A stretch of 64,000 nucleotides of DNA from NCBI GenBank assembly GCA_014075275.1, contig CP046179.1, forward strand, positions 503,932 through 567,931, in the 5' to 3' direction. The translations under genes were made by a program, and so were the position numbers. The notes under the pieces were generated by a model. That model made no database searches. It was not told the origin of the DNA and was given only the letters and a program-made list of their open reading frames with translations. Positions within the stretch are counted from its first letter, which is position 1. Each line of letters begins with the position of its first letter. This DNA is from Boseongicola sp. (lineage in GTDB: Bacteria; Pseudomonadota; Alphaproteobacteria; Rhodobacterales; Rhodobacteraceae). Shown one piece after another: positions 47,132 to 54,678 of the stretch.

Positions 47132-48589
47132 ATGCGGGCCCAACCCAAAGCCAGCCATTTCGTTGATGGAAAATACGTTGAAGATGACGGTGGAGCCGAG
47201 ATTGAATGCATCTATGCGGCGACGGGCGAAGTCGTCGCAAAGCTGCACGAAGGCACGGATGCCGTCGTTGAGCAGGCACTTGCTGCTGCACGGCGGGCCC
47301 AGCCTGAGTGGGCGGCTCTGAGCGGTACAGAGCGTGGACGTATTCTGCGCCGCGCTGCCGATATGATGCGCGACGAAAACCAAAGTCTGTCTGAGCTTGA
47401 AACGCTGGATACAGGAAAGCCATTGCAGGAAACCCTAGTGGCGGATGCCACCAGCGGTGCCGATGCATTGGAGTATTTTGGCGGTCTTGCAGGCACAATT
47501 ACCGGCGAGCAAATTCCACTGCCAGGTGGTGATTGGGCCTATACAATTCGCGAGGCATTGGGTGTTTGTGTCGGCATTGGAGCATGGAATTATCCTACCC
47601 AGATTGCTTGTTGGAAAGCTGCGCCGGCTTTGACATGCGGCAATACAATGGTGTTCAAACCCTCTGAAACTACACCGCTTTCTGCGCTGCGCGTCGCCGA
47701 GATACTGTCTGAGTCCGGGCTTCCGGATGGGGTATTTAACGTGGTTCAGGGGCGCGGAGCCGTTGGTGCCAAACTAATCACAGATGAGCGTGTCGACAAA
47801 GTTTCGCTAACGGGTTCAGTGCCCACCGGCAAAAAAGTCTATGCGACGGCGGCCCAAGGAATGCGCCATGTTACTATGGAGCTGGGTGGTAAATCTCCGA
47901 TGGTTGTTTTTGACGATGCCGACCTTGATGCGGCTGTGTCGGGAGCTATTTTGGGTAACTTCTATTCGTCTGGGCAGGTTTGCTCGAACGGAACGCGGGT
48001 TTTTGTTGAACGCTCGGTAAGAGAAGATTTTGTTGCGCGTTTGGTGGATCGGCTTTCCAAGGGTGTTGTGATGGGCGACCCAATGGATGAGGCCGTGAAT
48101 TTCGGGCCTCTTGTGAGCGAAGCTCAGATGCAGATTGTCCTTGGATACATTGAAAAGGGCGTCGCAGAGGGGGCGGTTCTGGCCCACGGCGGTCGACGAT
48201 CAAACCGGACCGGATGGTTCGTGGAACCTACTGTTTTCACTGGTGTAACGGACGATATGACAATCGCACGGGAAGAGATTTTCGGCCCGGTAATGTCCGT
48301 TTTGGACTTTGACACGGAAGAAGAGGTTCTTGCGCGTGCCAATGCCACAGAGTTCGGTTTGGCGGCCGGTGTCTTCACCGCGGATCTGACGCGGGCGCAT
48401 CGGGTAGTTAAGGGCTTTGAGGCCGGGACTTGTTATATCAACCACTACAACGCGGCACCGGTTGAGATGCCGTTTGGAGGCACAAAGTTCTCGGGAGTCG
48501 GGCGGGAAAACTCGAAATCGGCGATCGAGCATTATACCGAGCGTAAGACAGTCTATGTCGGTATGGGCGAAGTAGAGGCTCCGTTTTAG
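47132..48589 (+). CDS. betB: Betaine-aldehyde dehydrogenase
   Basis: 485 aa. It aligns almost residue by residue, from memory, with E. coli BetB blocks ([57 protein letters not shown]). RBS ggagag before ATG 47132. Confidence 0.82.
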   Translation: MRAQPKASHFVDGKYVEDDGGAEIECIYAATGEVVAKLHEGTDAVVEQALAAARRAQPEWAALSGTERGRILRRAADMMRDENQSLSELETLDTGKPLQETLVADATSGADALEYFGGLAGTITGEQIPLPGGDWAYTIREALGVCVGIGAWNYPTQIACWKAAPALTCGNTMVFKPSETTPLSALRVAEILSESGLPDGVFNVVQGRGAVGAKLITDERVDKVSLTGSVPTGKKVYATAAQGMRHVTMELGGKSPMVVFDDADLDAAVSGAILGNFYSSGQVCSNGTRVFVERSVREDFVARLVDRLSKGVVMGDPMDEAVNFGPLVSEAQMQIVLGYIEKGVAEGAVLAHGGRRSNRTGWFVEPTVFTGVTDDMTIAREEIFGPVMSVLDFDTEEEVLARANATEFGLAAGVFTADLTRAHRVVKGFEAGTCYINHYNAAPVEMPFGGTKFSGVGRENSKSAIEHYTERKTVYVGMGEVEAPF

Positions 48590-48599
48590 AGTTTAAAAT

Positions 48600-48715
48600 T
48601 TTCGCTCTAAGCCGCTGGTCTTCTGACAAATAGCGGCGACACCTGGGAGGAGGTAGGTGCCGCCGCTATTTGTCAGAAGACCACAAGGGAGGAGGAGTGG
48701 CCGTCCGATTTCGTT
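48600..48715 (-). ncRNA. CcsR/cuckoo-motif sRNA in the 3' region of a DUF1127 gene
   Basis: The minus-strand transcript contains two hairpin loops carrying CUCCUCCUCCC and ACCUCCUCCC (plus strand gggaggagg at 48687-48695 and 48645-48653). It begins directly after the DUF1127 stop codon. Confidence 0.6.
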
Positions 48716-48719
48716 CCGC

Positions 48720-48920
48720 TTAGCCTTCGTAGGCAGCGCGGTATGCGATTGAGCGAATCTGGTGACGCGAAAGGTTCAGGTCCAGAAGTTCGCGATCCGA
48801 CAGAGCTTCCAGTTCGTCGAGCGTCTGACGGTATGTCCGGTATTGCTGCATGGCCAAAGAGATGTTGGCAAAAAATCCACCACGTTTGGTGTTGCGGGCA
48901 AAAATATCTAATGCACTCAT
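48720..48920 (-). CDS. DUF1127 domain small protein (CcaF1-like context)
   Basis: 66 aa, MSALDIFARNTKRGGFFANISLAMQQYRTYRQTLDELEALSDRELLDLNLSRHQIRSIAYRAAYEG. DUF1127 core L..LSDRELLDL.L.R. The longer 108-aa version in the ORF track would run over the promoter. Confidence 0.75.
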   Translation of the reverse strand: MSALDIFARNTKRGGFFANISLAMQQYRTYRQTLDELEALSDRELLDLNLSRHQIRSIAYRAAYEG

Positions 48921-48981
48921 GTGCTTGGTCCTTGGATGGTCGAGACGGCGTCGTGTCGTCCCGCTGTTGTTCGTTGAGTTA

Positions 48982-49009
48982 AAGATAGGCTTATGCTGCG
49001 ATTGCACAA
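48982..49009 (-). promoter_or_regulatory. Candidate heat-shock-sigma (RpoH-type) promoter of the DUF1127-sRNA unit
   Basis: The minus strand reads TTG-N17-CCTATCTT about 60-90 nt upstream of ATG 48920. It resembles the alphaproteobacterial RpoH -35/-10 pattern as I recall it. Confidence 0.35.
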
Positions 49010-49165
49010 TAGATTCTTTGGCAATGCTGCTATGCAGCAAATGCATAAGTTTGCGGTAACATTTTGAGCAAAGCGCTTAGAGCTTCAGCAAAAGGTTAAT
49101 GCGGGGTTGTCTGGCGGGGGCTTCAGGGTAAGTAGAGCAACAGAACGTTAAAAAGAGACAAAGAC

Positions 49166-50245
49166 ATGGCCCTGACGCGCGAGCAGATACTTGACACATT
49201 GAAATTGATCTCACTGCCTGACGGCGGTGATTTGGTGTCGCGCGACATGGTGCGCGCGCTTAACGTTGAAGGCGGTGCGGTGCGCTTTGTGATCGAAGCG
49301 CCAAGCCCCGAGATTGCTCAGATGATGGAGCCGATCCGGGCTGCGGCAGAGGCGTCTGTGCGGCGGTTGGATGGTGTTTCAGAGGTTTCAGTCGTGTTGA
49401 CCGCCCATGGAGGCGCCGCTGCGCCACCGAAAGCGCCACCATCGCTGAAAGTGGGCGGACATCCGACACCGCAGCAGGGCGGACCGACCAAAGTATCAGG
49501 TGTTGATCGCATCATTGCGGTGGGGTCCGGCAAGGGCGGCGTAGGGAAGTCGACCGTTGCGTCTAACCTGGCCGTTGCGCTTGCGGCTGAGGGTCGGCGA
49601 GTTGGTTTGCTGGACGCAGATATCTACGGGCCGTCGCAGCCACGTATGATGGGGATACAGAAGCGCCCGTCGTCACCGGACGGTAAAACGATTATTCCAT
49701 TGCAGTCCCATGGTGTTACGCTGATGTCGATTGGGTTCATGATGGAGCCCGACAAAGCAGTTGTCTGGCGGGGCCCGATGCTGATGGGCGCGCTTCAGCA
49801 GATGTTGGGGCAGGTGCAATGGGGCGAGTTGGATGTGTTGATCATCGACTTGCCGCCGGGGACGGGCGACGTACAGCTTACATTGTGTCAGCGCACGGAA
49901 GTGACGGGCGCATTGATCGTGTCGACGCCGCAGGACGTCGCACTTTTGGATGCGCGTAAGGCGATTGATATGTTCAATACGCTGAATACGCCGGTGCTGG
50001 GGCTGATCGAGAACATGTCGACCTATGTTTGCCCGAACTGTGGGCATGAAGAACATCTGTTCGGCCACGGCGGCGTGCGGGCCGAGGCCGAAAAGCTGAA
50101 TGTGCCGTTTTTGGGCGAGATACCCCTTTCCCTTGATGTGCGGGTTGCGGGCGATGCCGGGCGACCTGTTGTGATGGATGGAGGGCCGGTGGCCGAAGCC
50201 TACACACACCTTGCCAAACGGTTAATCGGCGGCGGAATGGGTTAA
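49166..50245 (+). CDS. apbC: Fe-S cluster carrier ATPase Mrp/ApbC
   Basis: N-terminal DUF59-like domain, Walker A GSGKGGVGKST and CPNCGHEEHLFG motif. Confidence 0.92.
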   Translation: MALTREQILDTLKLISLPDGGDLVSRDMVRALNVEGGAVRFVIEAPSPEIAQMMEPIRAAAEASVRRLDGVSEVSVVLTAHGGAAAPPKAPPSLKVGGHPTPQQGGPTKVSGVDRIIAVGSGKGGVGKSTVASNLAVALAAEGRRVGLLDADIYGPSQPRMMGIQKRPSSPDGKTIIPLQSHGVTLMSIGFMMEPDKAVVWRGPMLMGALQQMLGQVQWGELDVLIIDLPPGTGDVQLTLCQRTEVTGALIVSTPQDVALLDARKAIDMFNTLNTPVLGLIENMSTYVCPNCGHEEHLFGHGGVRAEAEKLNVPFLGEIPLSLDVRVAGDAGRPVVMDGGPVAEAYTHLAKRLIGGGMG

Positions 50246-50265
50246 CGCCGAGGGCCTATCCGGGT

Positions 50266-50307
50266 TTTCGGTATTACGTCGGTATCGCATCGGTATTACG
50301 TCGGTGC
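50266..50307 (+). repeat. Dispersed intergenic repeat, T-family copy B
   Basis: tttcggt-ATTACGTCGGT-ATCGCATCGGT-ATTACGTCGGT-g. It starts 20 nt after the apbC stop. Confidence 0.85.
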
Positions 50308-50354
50308 CTGCGAACGTTGTTTACCGCGCGCTGCGTTAGGGTGCTGCTAAGCGG

Positions 50355-50478
50355 TGCGGGCGCTGCCCGCATTCCATCCTTTGTGGAGCTTCGCCCCGTT
50401 CGGACCTTTTTGAAGGTCCTCTCACCCCAGAGTATTTCCACCAGAAAGAAAGCAGGGGCCCTTCGCTGGGGTGCATCT
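50355..50478 (+). repeat. Dispersed intergenic repeat, R-family copy 3
   Basis: gcgggcgctgcccgc hairpin, ggacctttttgaaggtcc hairpin, then caccccaGAGTATTTccacCAGAAAGAAag. The 22-mer agagtatttccaccagaaagaa is identical to copy 4. Confidence 0.8.
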
Positions 50479-50486
50479 GGATTCGC

Positions 50487-50755
50487 ATGGGACAATATGG
50501 GTTTTTCCTGCCACAGGTGGGGAATTCTGTGGGATTCGGCTCGATTCGTGGGATTTCACGCGCTATCCGGCAAATAGCCGGGAAGATATGGGAAATAATC
50601 GCACCTGACATCCATATACTACATATAGTATTTTTTAGCCGAAAAATCTAAATATTGATGCTATATGTCGTGCTGATGACGTTTCTGTCCTGTTTGTTCA
50701 TGGGCGAAATCTCGCATATTCCCTCAGATTTCTATTGCTTCCCACGATTTCCCAT
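50487..50755 (+). promoter_or_regulatory. Array of nine RTGGGA-like boxes flanking an AT-rich core upstream of the dcw cluster (candidate MraZ operator region)
   Basis: Forward boxes: ATGGGA 50487, ATGGGT 50497, GTGGGGA 50517, GTGGGA 50529, GTGGGA 50548, ATGGGA 50588, ATGGGC 50700. Inverted boxes: TTCCCAC 50739 and TTCCCAT 50749, 10 nt apart. Confidence 0.4.
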
Positions 50756-50762
50756 GTAAATT
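50735..50762 (+). promoter_or_regulatory. Candidate sigma-70-type promoter of the dcw leader
   Basis: TTGCTT-N16-TAAATT. The two inverted GGGAA boxes lie in the spacer. The predicted TSS is near 50770. Confidence 0.3.
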
Positions 50763-50769
50763 CATCCTT

Positions 50770-50989
50770 ACCGAATGAGACGGGACGTTGATAAGGGGCG
50801 CCAAAAGACCCCGAACCAAAATAAAATAGCAGGTTTCATACAGGCACCCGCTTTCATTCGATTACGAGATCCGGCGCGCGGGCGAGCAGACATCCCCCCA
50901 GGTGGCGCGCGCAGCTGGACTAAACCCGGAAACGGGACGAGGGCGGCGGATCGGACTCTGGCAGCAGTCCGACCGTCGTTTTCTTTTTT
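50770..50989 (+). ncRNA. UpsM-like structured 5' leader/sRNA upstream of mraZ
   Basis: About 220 nt with several stems (cgaatga/tcattcg, gcgcgcg.../cgcgcgc, cccg-GAAA-cggg tetraloop hairpin). It ends in a strong intrinsic terminator 34 nt before mraZ. The position matches the UpsM arrangement described for Rhodobacter sphaeroides. Confidence 0.5.
50945..50989 (+). terminator. Intrinsic terminator/attenuator immediately upstream of mraZ
   Basis: ggcgg(a)tcggac - 10-nt loop - gtccgaccgtc forms an 11-bp stem with one bulge, followed by gttttctttttt. Confidence 0.75.
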
Positions 50990-51022
50990 GGGGGGTGAGT
51001 TAACAGAAGGACCGACGGGACA

Positions 51023-51529
51023 GTGGTTCGGAGATTCAGAGGCGAAGGCCACCATAAGGTGGACACGAAGGGCAGGGTTTCGATCCCAGCCCATTTTCGC
51101 CGTGTACTCGAAGCCGGAGACCCATCCTGGAGCGAGGGCAAAGCGCCCGAGTTGGTCATTGTTTATGGCGATCATCGTCGCAAGTATCTTGAGTGTTATA
51201 CAATTGACGCCGCCAACGAGGTGGATGCGAAGATCGATCGGATGCCGCGTGGTTCGATTGAGCGACGGATGCTGGAGAAGCTGTTTAACGGTCAATCCCT
51301 TCTGACGACAGTGGATGAGACCGGGCGGATCGTTTTGCCCGCAAAGCTGCGTCAGAAAACCGAATTGGGCGGCGAGGCGTATTTCATTGCCTCGGGCGAT
51401 ACGTTCCAGGTTTGGAAGCCTGAGACCTATGAAGCCATTGAAGAAGCCAGGGTTGAGGCCTGGCTGGATGAGAAGCCGGACGACTTTGACGTTCTGACGC
51501 TTCTGGATCGGGGCGGGGAGGGGAACTGA
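51023..51529 (+). CDS. mraZ: Transcriptional regulator MraZ
   Basis: FRGEGHHKVDTKGRVSIPAHFRRVL and a second SpoVT-AbrB repeat DETGRIVLPAKLR. GTG start. Confidence 0.95.
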   Translation: MVRRFRGEGHHKVDTKGRVSIPAHFRRVLEAGDPSWSEGKAPELVIVYGDHRRKYLECYTIDAANEVDAKIDRMPRGSIERRMLEKLFNGQSLLTTVDETGRIVLPAKLRQKTELGGEAYFIASGDTFQVWKPETYEAIEEARVEAWLDEKPDDFDVLTLLDRGGEGN

Positions 51530-51532
51530 CCC

Positions 51533-52528
51533 ATGGCCGCTGCTGCCCGCGCGATGAGTGATGACCCCCATATTCCAGTTTTGCTCGAGTCGATTTTGGA
51601 AACCTGTGGTCCTGTGACGGGTCACTGGCTGGACGGGACGTTTGGCGCAGGTGGTTATGCGCGTGGGCTTTTGGCGGCGGGAGCGGATCGGGTTTATGGA
51701 ATCGATCGTGATCCGATGGTTTTCGAGATGGCGGCTGATTGGGCCGGTGACTATGCCGGGCGGTTGGACCTGGTTGAGGGCACGTTTTCTGAGCTGGACG
51801 AATATATAGATGAACCGCTGGACGGGGTGGTTCTGGACCTGGGTGTGTCTTCAATGCAGTTGGATCAGGCCGAGCGTGGGTTTTCCTTCATGTCGGACGG
51901 GCCGCTGGATATGCGGATGAGCCAGTCGGGCGTTTCTGCTGCTGATTTGGTGGCAGATGCCGATGAAACGATGCTGGCGGATATTCTGTACCACTATGGC
52001 GAGGAACGAGCGTCGCGCCGGATTGCGCGGGCGATTGTTGGTGCGCGCGCTGAGGCCCCGATTGAGACGACAGCGGCGCTGGTTGCGATTGTTGAGCGGT
52101 GTTTGCCAAGGCCGAAGCCCGGGCAAAGTCATCCGGCGACGCGGACGTTTCAGGCGCTGCGTATCGCGGTGAATGACGAGTTCGGGCAGTTGGTGGCGGG
52201 CTTGGAAGCAGCGGAACGGGCGTTGAAGCCCGGCGGTTGGTTGGCGGTGGTGAGTTTTCATTCGCTGGAGGACCGGGTTGTGAAGCGGTTCTTTCAGGCG
52301 CGGTCAGGCAAGGCGGGCGGTGGCAATCGCTATCAGCCTGAAGTGGTTGCGGAGGAGTCGCGGTTTCAGGCGCGCAACAAGGCGATCCCGCCGAATGCGG
52401 ATGAAATTGCGCGAAACCCGCGGGCACGCTCGGCGAATTTGCGGGTTGGACGGCGCACGGAAGTCGCTGCGGGGCCAGTGGATCGTTCGAAGTTAGGTAT
52501 GCCGAAATTGTCTATGGGGGGCAAATAG
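51533..52528 (+). CDS. rsmH: 16S rRNA (cytosine1402-N4)-methyltransferase
   Basis: HIPVLL...DGTFGAGGY...[10 protein letters not shown]...[13 protein letters not shown]. Confidence 0.95.
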   Translation: MAAAARAMSDDPHIPVLLESILETCGPVTGHWLDGTFGAGGYARGLLAAGADRVYGIDRDPMVFEMAADWAGDYAGRLDLVEGTFSELDEYIDEPLDGVVLDLGVSSMQLDQAERGFSFMSDGPLDMRMSQSGVSAADLVADADETMLADILYHYGEERASRRIARAIVGARAEAPIETTAALVAIVERCLPRPKPGQSHPATRTFQALRIAVNDEFGQLVAGLEAAERALKPGGWLAVVSFHSLEDRVVKRFFQARSGKAGGGNRYQPEVVAEESRFQARNKAIPPNADEIARNPRARSANLRVGRRTEVAAGPVDRSKLGMPKLSMGGK

Positions 52529-52876
52529 ATGCGCTCGGTCTTTTATGTGATGACGGCTTTGATGGTCATGGGATTGGCGGTTTGGGCGTATCGTCAGAAC
52601 TATGAAACACAAGCCAGCTTGCGCGAAGTGAAGACTTTGCAGTCGGAGATTGCGGATTTGCGCGAGCGGGCTGGGGTTTTGCGGGCCGAGTGGGCCTATC
52701 TGAACCGGCCTGAGCGGTTGGCGGATTTGGCGGATATGAATTTTGACCGGCTGGGGCTGTTGCCGCTTCGCCCGGACCACTTTGGATATATCGATCAGAT
52801 CACTTACCCAATTGAGCCGCTGGCACCGATCACGGTGCCGATTGATGTGATGAGCAGGTTGGGAGAGGGGCAATGA
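52529..52876 (+). CDS. ftsL: Cell division protein FtsL (alphaproteobacterial type)
   Basis: 115 aa with a single N-terminal TM helix followed by a coiled coil. It lies between rsmH and ftsI. Confidence 0.8.
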   Translation: MRSVFYVMTALMVMGLAVWAYRQNYETQASLREVKTLQSEIADLRERAGVLRAEWAYLNRPERLADLADMNFDRLGLLPLRPDHFGYIDQITYPIEPLAPITVPIDVMSRLGEGQ

Positions 52877-54657
52877 CGCGCACTCCTCTACGACCATTGG
52901 CACGGATATTGGCTGCGCGGCGCGAGGGTGAGAACCCGGATTCGATTGAGCGACAGAACCTGAAGGAGCGCCACGAGGCGGACCGGGATGGTGCGCGCGA
53001 GCGGGCCGAAGGGCGGTTGCTGATCATTGGGGTGTTCTTCCTTTGTGCGTTTATGATGGTCGGGCTGAAGATGTCGGTGTTGGCGGGGTCGGACCCGGCT
53101 GAGCCGCGTGCGGCGGCGACGGGCGCCCAGATTGTGGCGGGGCGTGCGGACATCACGGATCGGAATGGGCGTATTCTGGCCACGAACTTGTCGACCCATG
53201 CGCTATATGCGCAACCGCCGATCATGATTGATGCTGAACGGTCGGCGCGTGAACTGGCGAAGATTTTTCCTGACCTCGATGGTGAGAAACTGCGCAAGCA
53301 ATTTACCGGAGCGCGAAAGTTTGTCTGGATCAAGCGGCGGATTTCACCTGAACAACAGCAGGCGGTTTTCGATATCGGTGACCCCGGTTTGCAGTTTGGA
53401 CCGCGCGAGATGCGGCTTTACCCGAATGGGCGTGTTGCGGCGCATATTCTGGGTGGTGCTGGTTTCGGGCGCGAGGGCGTGAGTTCTGCCGAGATTATCG
53501 GTGTCGCCGGGATTGAGAAAGCGCTGGATGATACTTTGCGCGATCCGGGACGTGGTGATGTTGCGGTGTCCTTATCGCTGGATCTGACGGTTCAGGCGGC
53601 AGTTGAACGGGTGCTGGAAGGCGGCATGAAGCTGATGAACGCCAAGGGTGCGGCGGCAGTTCTGATGAATGTGCATACGGGCGAGATCGTCTCGATGGCA
53701 AGTCTGCCGGACTTTGATCCGAATGACAGACCACGACCTTTGACTGAAGGCGATCCGGGGGATTCTCCGCTGTTTAATCGTGCCGTGCAGGGTGTTTACG
53801 AATTAGGGTCGACGTTCAAGATCTTTGCTGTGGCGCAGGGGATTGATGAGAAGATCGTCAGCCGGTCGACCATGGTGGATATCAAGGGGCCGCTTCGCTG
53901 GGGCAAGCACAAGATCCGGGATTTCCGCAATTACGGAAAGGCGTTGTCGGTTGAAGATGTCATAGTGAAGTCGTCGAATATCGGCACGGCACGGATTGCC
54001 CAGAAGATCGGGATCGAACGCCAGCACGACTTTCTAGGCGACCTTGGGTTGCTGAAGGCAACACCGGTGGAATTGGTGGAAGCGCGCGGCGCGAAGCCGT
54101 TGTTGCCTAAGAACTGGTCGGAGATTTCGACCATGACGATTTCCTACGGCCACGGGATTTCCGCAAGCCCGCTGCATCTGGCGACGGCCTATGCCTCGTT
54201 GCTGAACGGCGGCATTCAGGTGCAACCGACTCTATTAAAGCAAGACGTTGCAGTGGTTGGACCGCGCGTTGTCAGCGCCGATACTTCACGGCAGGCGCGT
54301 GAGATGTTGCGGCAGGTTGTGACCCGTGGGACGGCCAGTTTTGGAGAAGTTCCGGGGTATCGTGTGGGAGGCAAGACTGGCACGGCTGATAAGCCGAAGG
54401 CACGCGGAGGCGGATACTACGAGGACAAGGTGATTGCGACGTTTGCCAGCGTGTTTCCCGTGGACGATCCGCAGTATGTTTTGGTGGTGTCGTTGGATGA
54501 GCCGGTTGAGACCAGCGGCAAGGAACCACGCAGGACTGCGGGCTGGACTGCGGTGCCTGTGGCGGCTGAGGTCATTCGCCGCGTTGCGCCATTGTTGGGG
54601 CTGGCACCGGAGGTTGGCGCTTTGCCACGGACAGGTGTAACACTGGCGAGAAACTAA
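52873..54657 (+). CDS. ftsI: Peptidoglycan D,D-transpeptidase FtsI (PBP3)
   Basis: TM anchor, PBP dimerisation domain and transpeptidase motifs STFK (GSTFKIF), SSN and KTGT. Confidence 0.92.
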   Translation: MTRTPLRPLARILAARREGENPDSIERQNLKERHEADRDGARERAEGRLLIIGVFFLCAFMMVGLKMSVLAGSDPAEPRAAATGAQIVAGRADITDRNGRILATNLSTHALYAQPPIMIDAERSARELAKIFPDLDGEKLRKQFTGARKFVWIKRRISPEQQQAVFDIGDPGLQFGPREMRLYPNGRVAAHILGGAGFGREGVSSAEIIGVAGIEKALDDTLRDPGRGDVAVSLSLDLTVQAAVERVLEGGMKLMNAKGAAAVLMNVHTGEIVSMASLPDFDPNDRPRPLTEGDPGDSPLFNRAVQGVYELGSTFKIFAVAQGIDEKIVSRSTMVDIKGPLRWGKHKIRDFRNYGKALSVEDVIVKSSNIGTARIAQKIGIERQHDFLGDLGLLKATPVELVEARGAKPLLPKNWSEISTMTISYGHGISASPLHLATAYASLLNGGIQVQPTLLKQDVAVVGPRVVSADTSRQAREMLRQVVTRGTASFGEVPGYRVGGKTGTADKPKARGGGYYEDKVIATFASVFPVDDPQYVLVVSLDEPVETSGKEPRRTAGWTAVPVAAEVIRRVAPLLGLAPEVGALPRTGVTLARN

Positions 54658-54678
54658 CCACGCGAGGCGACTATAGCG

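Noticed and set aside
47132-48589. Aldehyde dehydrogenase next to xsc-pta considered as a sulfoacetaldehyde dehydrogenase (SafD-like)
   Set aside because: The sequence matches BetB-specific blocks almost throughout (for example [17 protein letters not shown] and [15 protein letters not shown]). Betaine-aldehyde dehydrogenase is therefore the conservative call, and substrate testing would be needed to claim otherwise.
48921-49046. Longer 108-aa version of the DUF1127 ORF
   Set aside because: DUF1127 proteins are ~50-75 aa. The extension would cover the putative RpoH-type promoter and has no family similarity. ATG 48920 gives a typical 66-aa product.
50487-50760. Repeated boxes flanking an AT-rich core looked superficially like a replication origin
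   Set aside because: The boxes (RTGGGA) do not resemble DnaA boxes (TTATCCACA-like). No dnaA, dnaN, parAB or hemE context is present. The location directly upstream of mraZ fits a MraZ operator or promoter better.
50768-51625. 285-aa minus-strand ORF across the dcw leader and mraZ
   Set aside because: It is antisense to mraZ and the start of rsmH, which have unambiguous family signatures. No motif is recognisable, and this is a typical high-GC antisense open frame.
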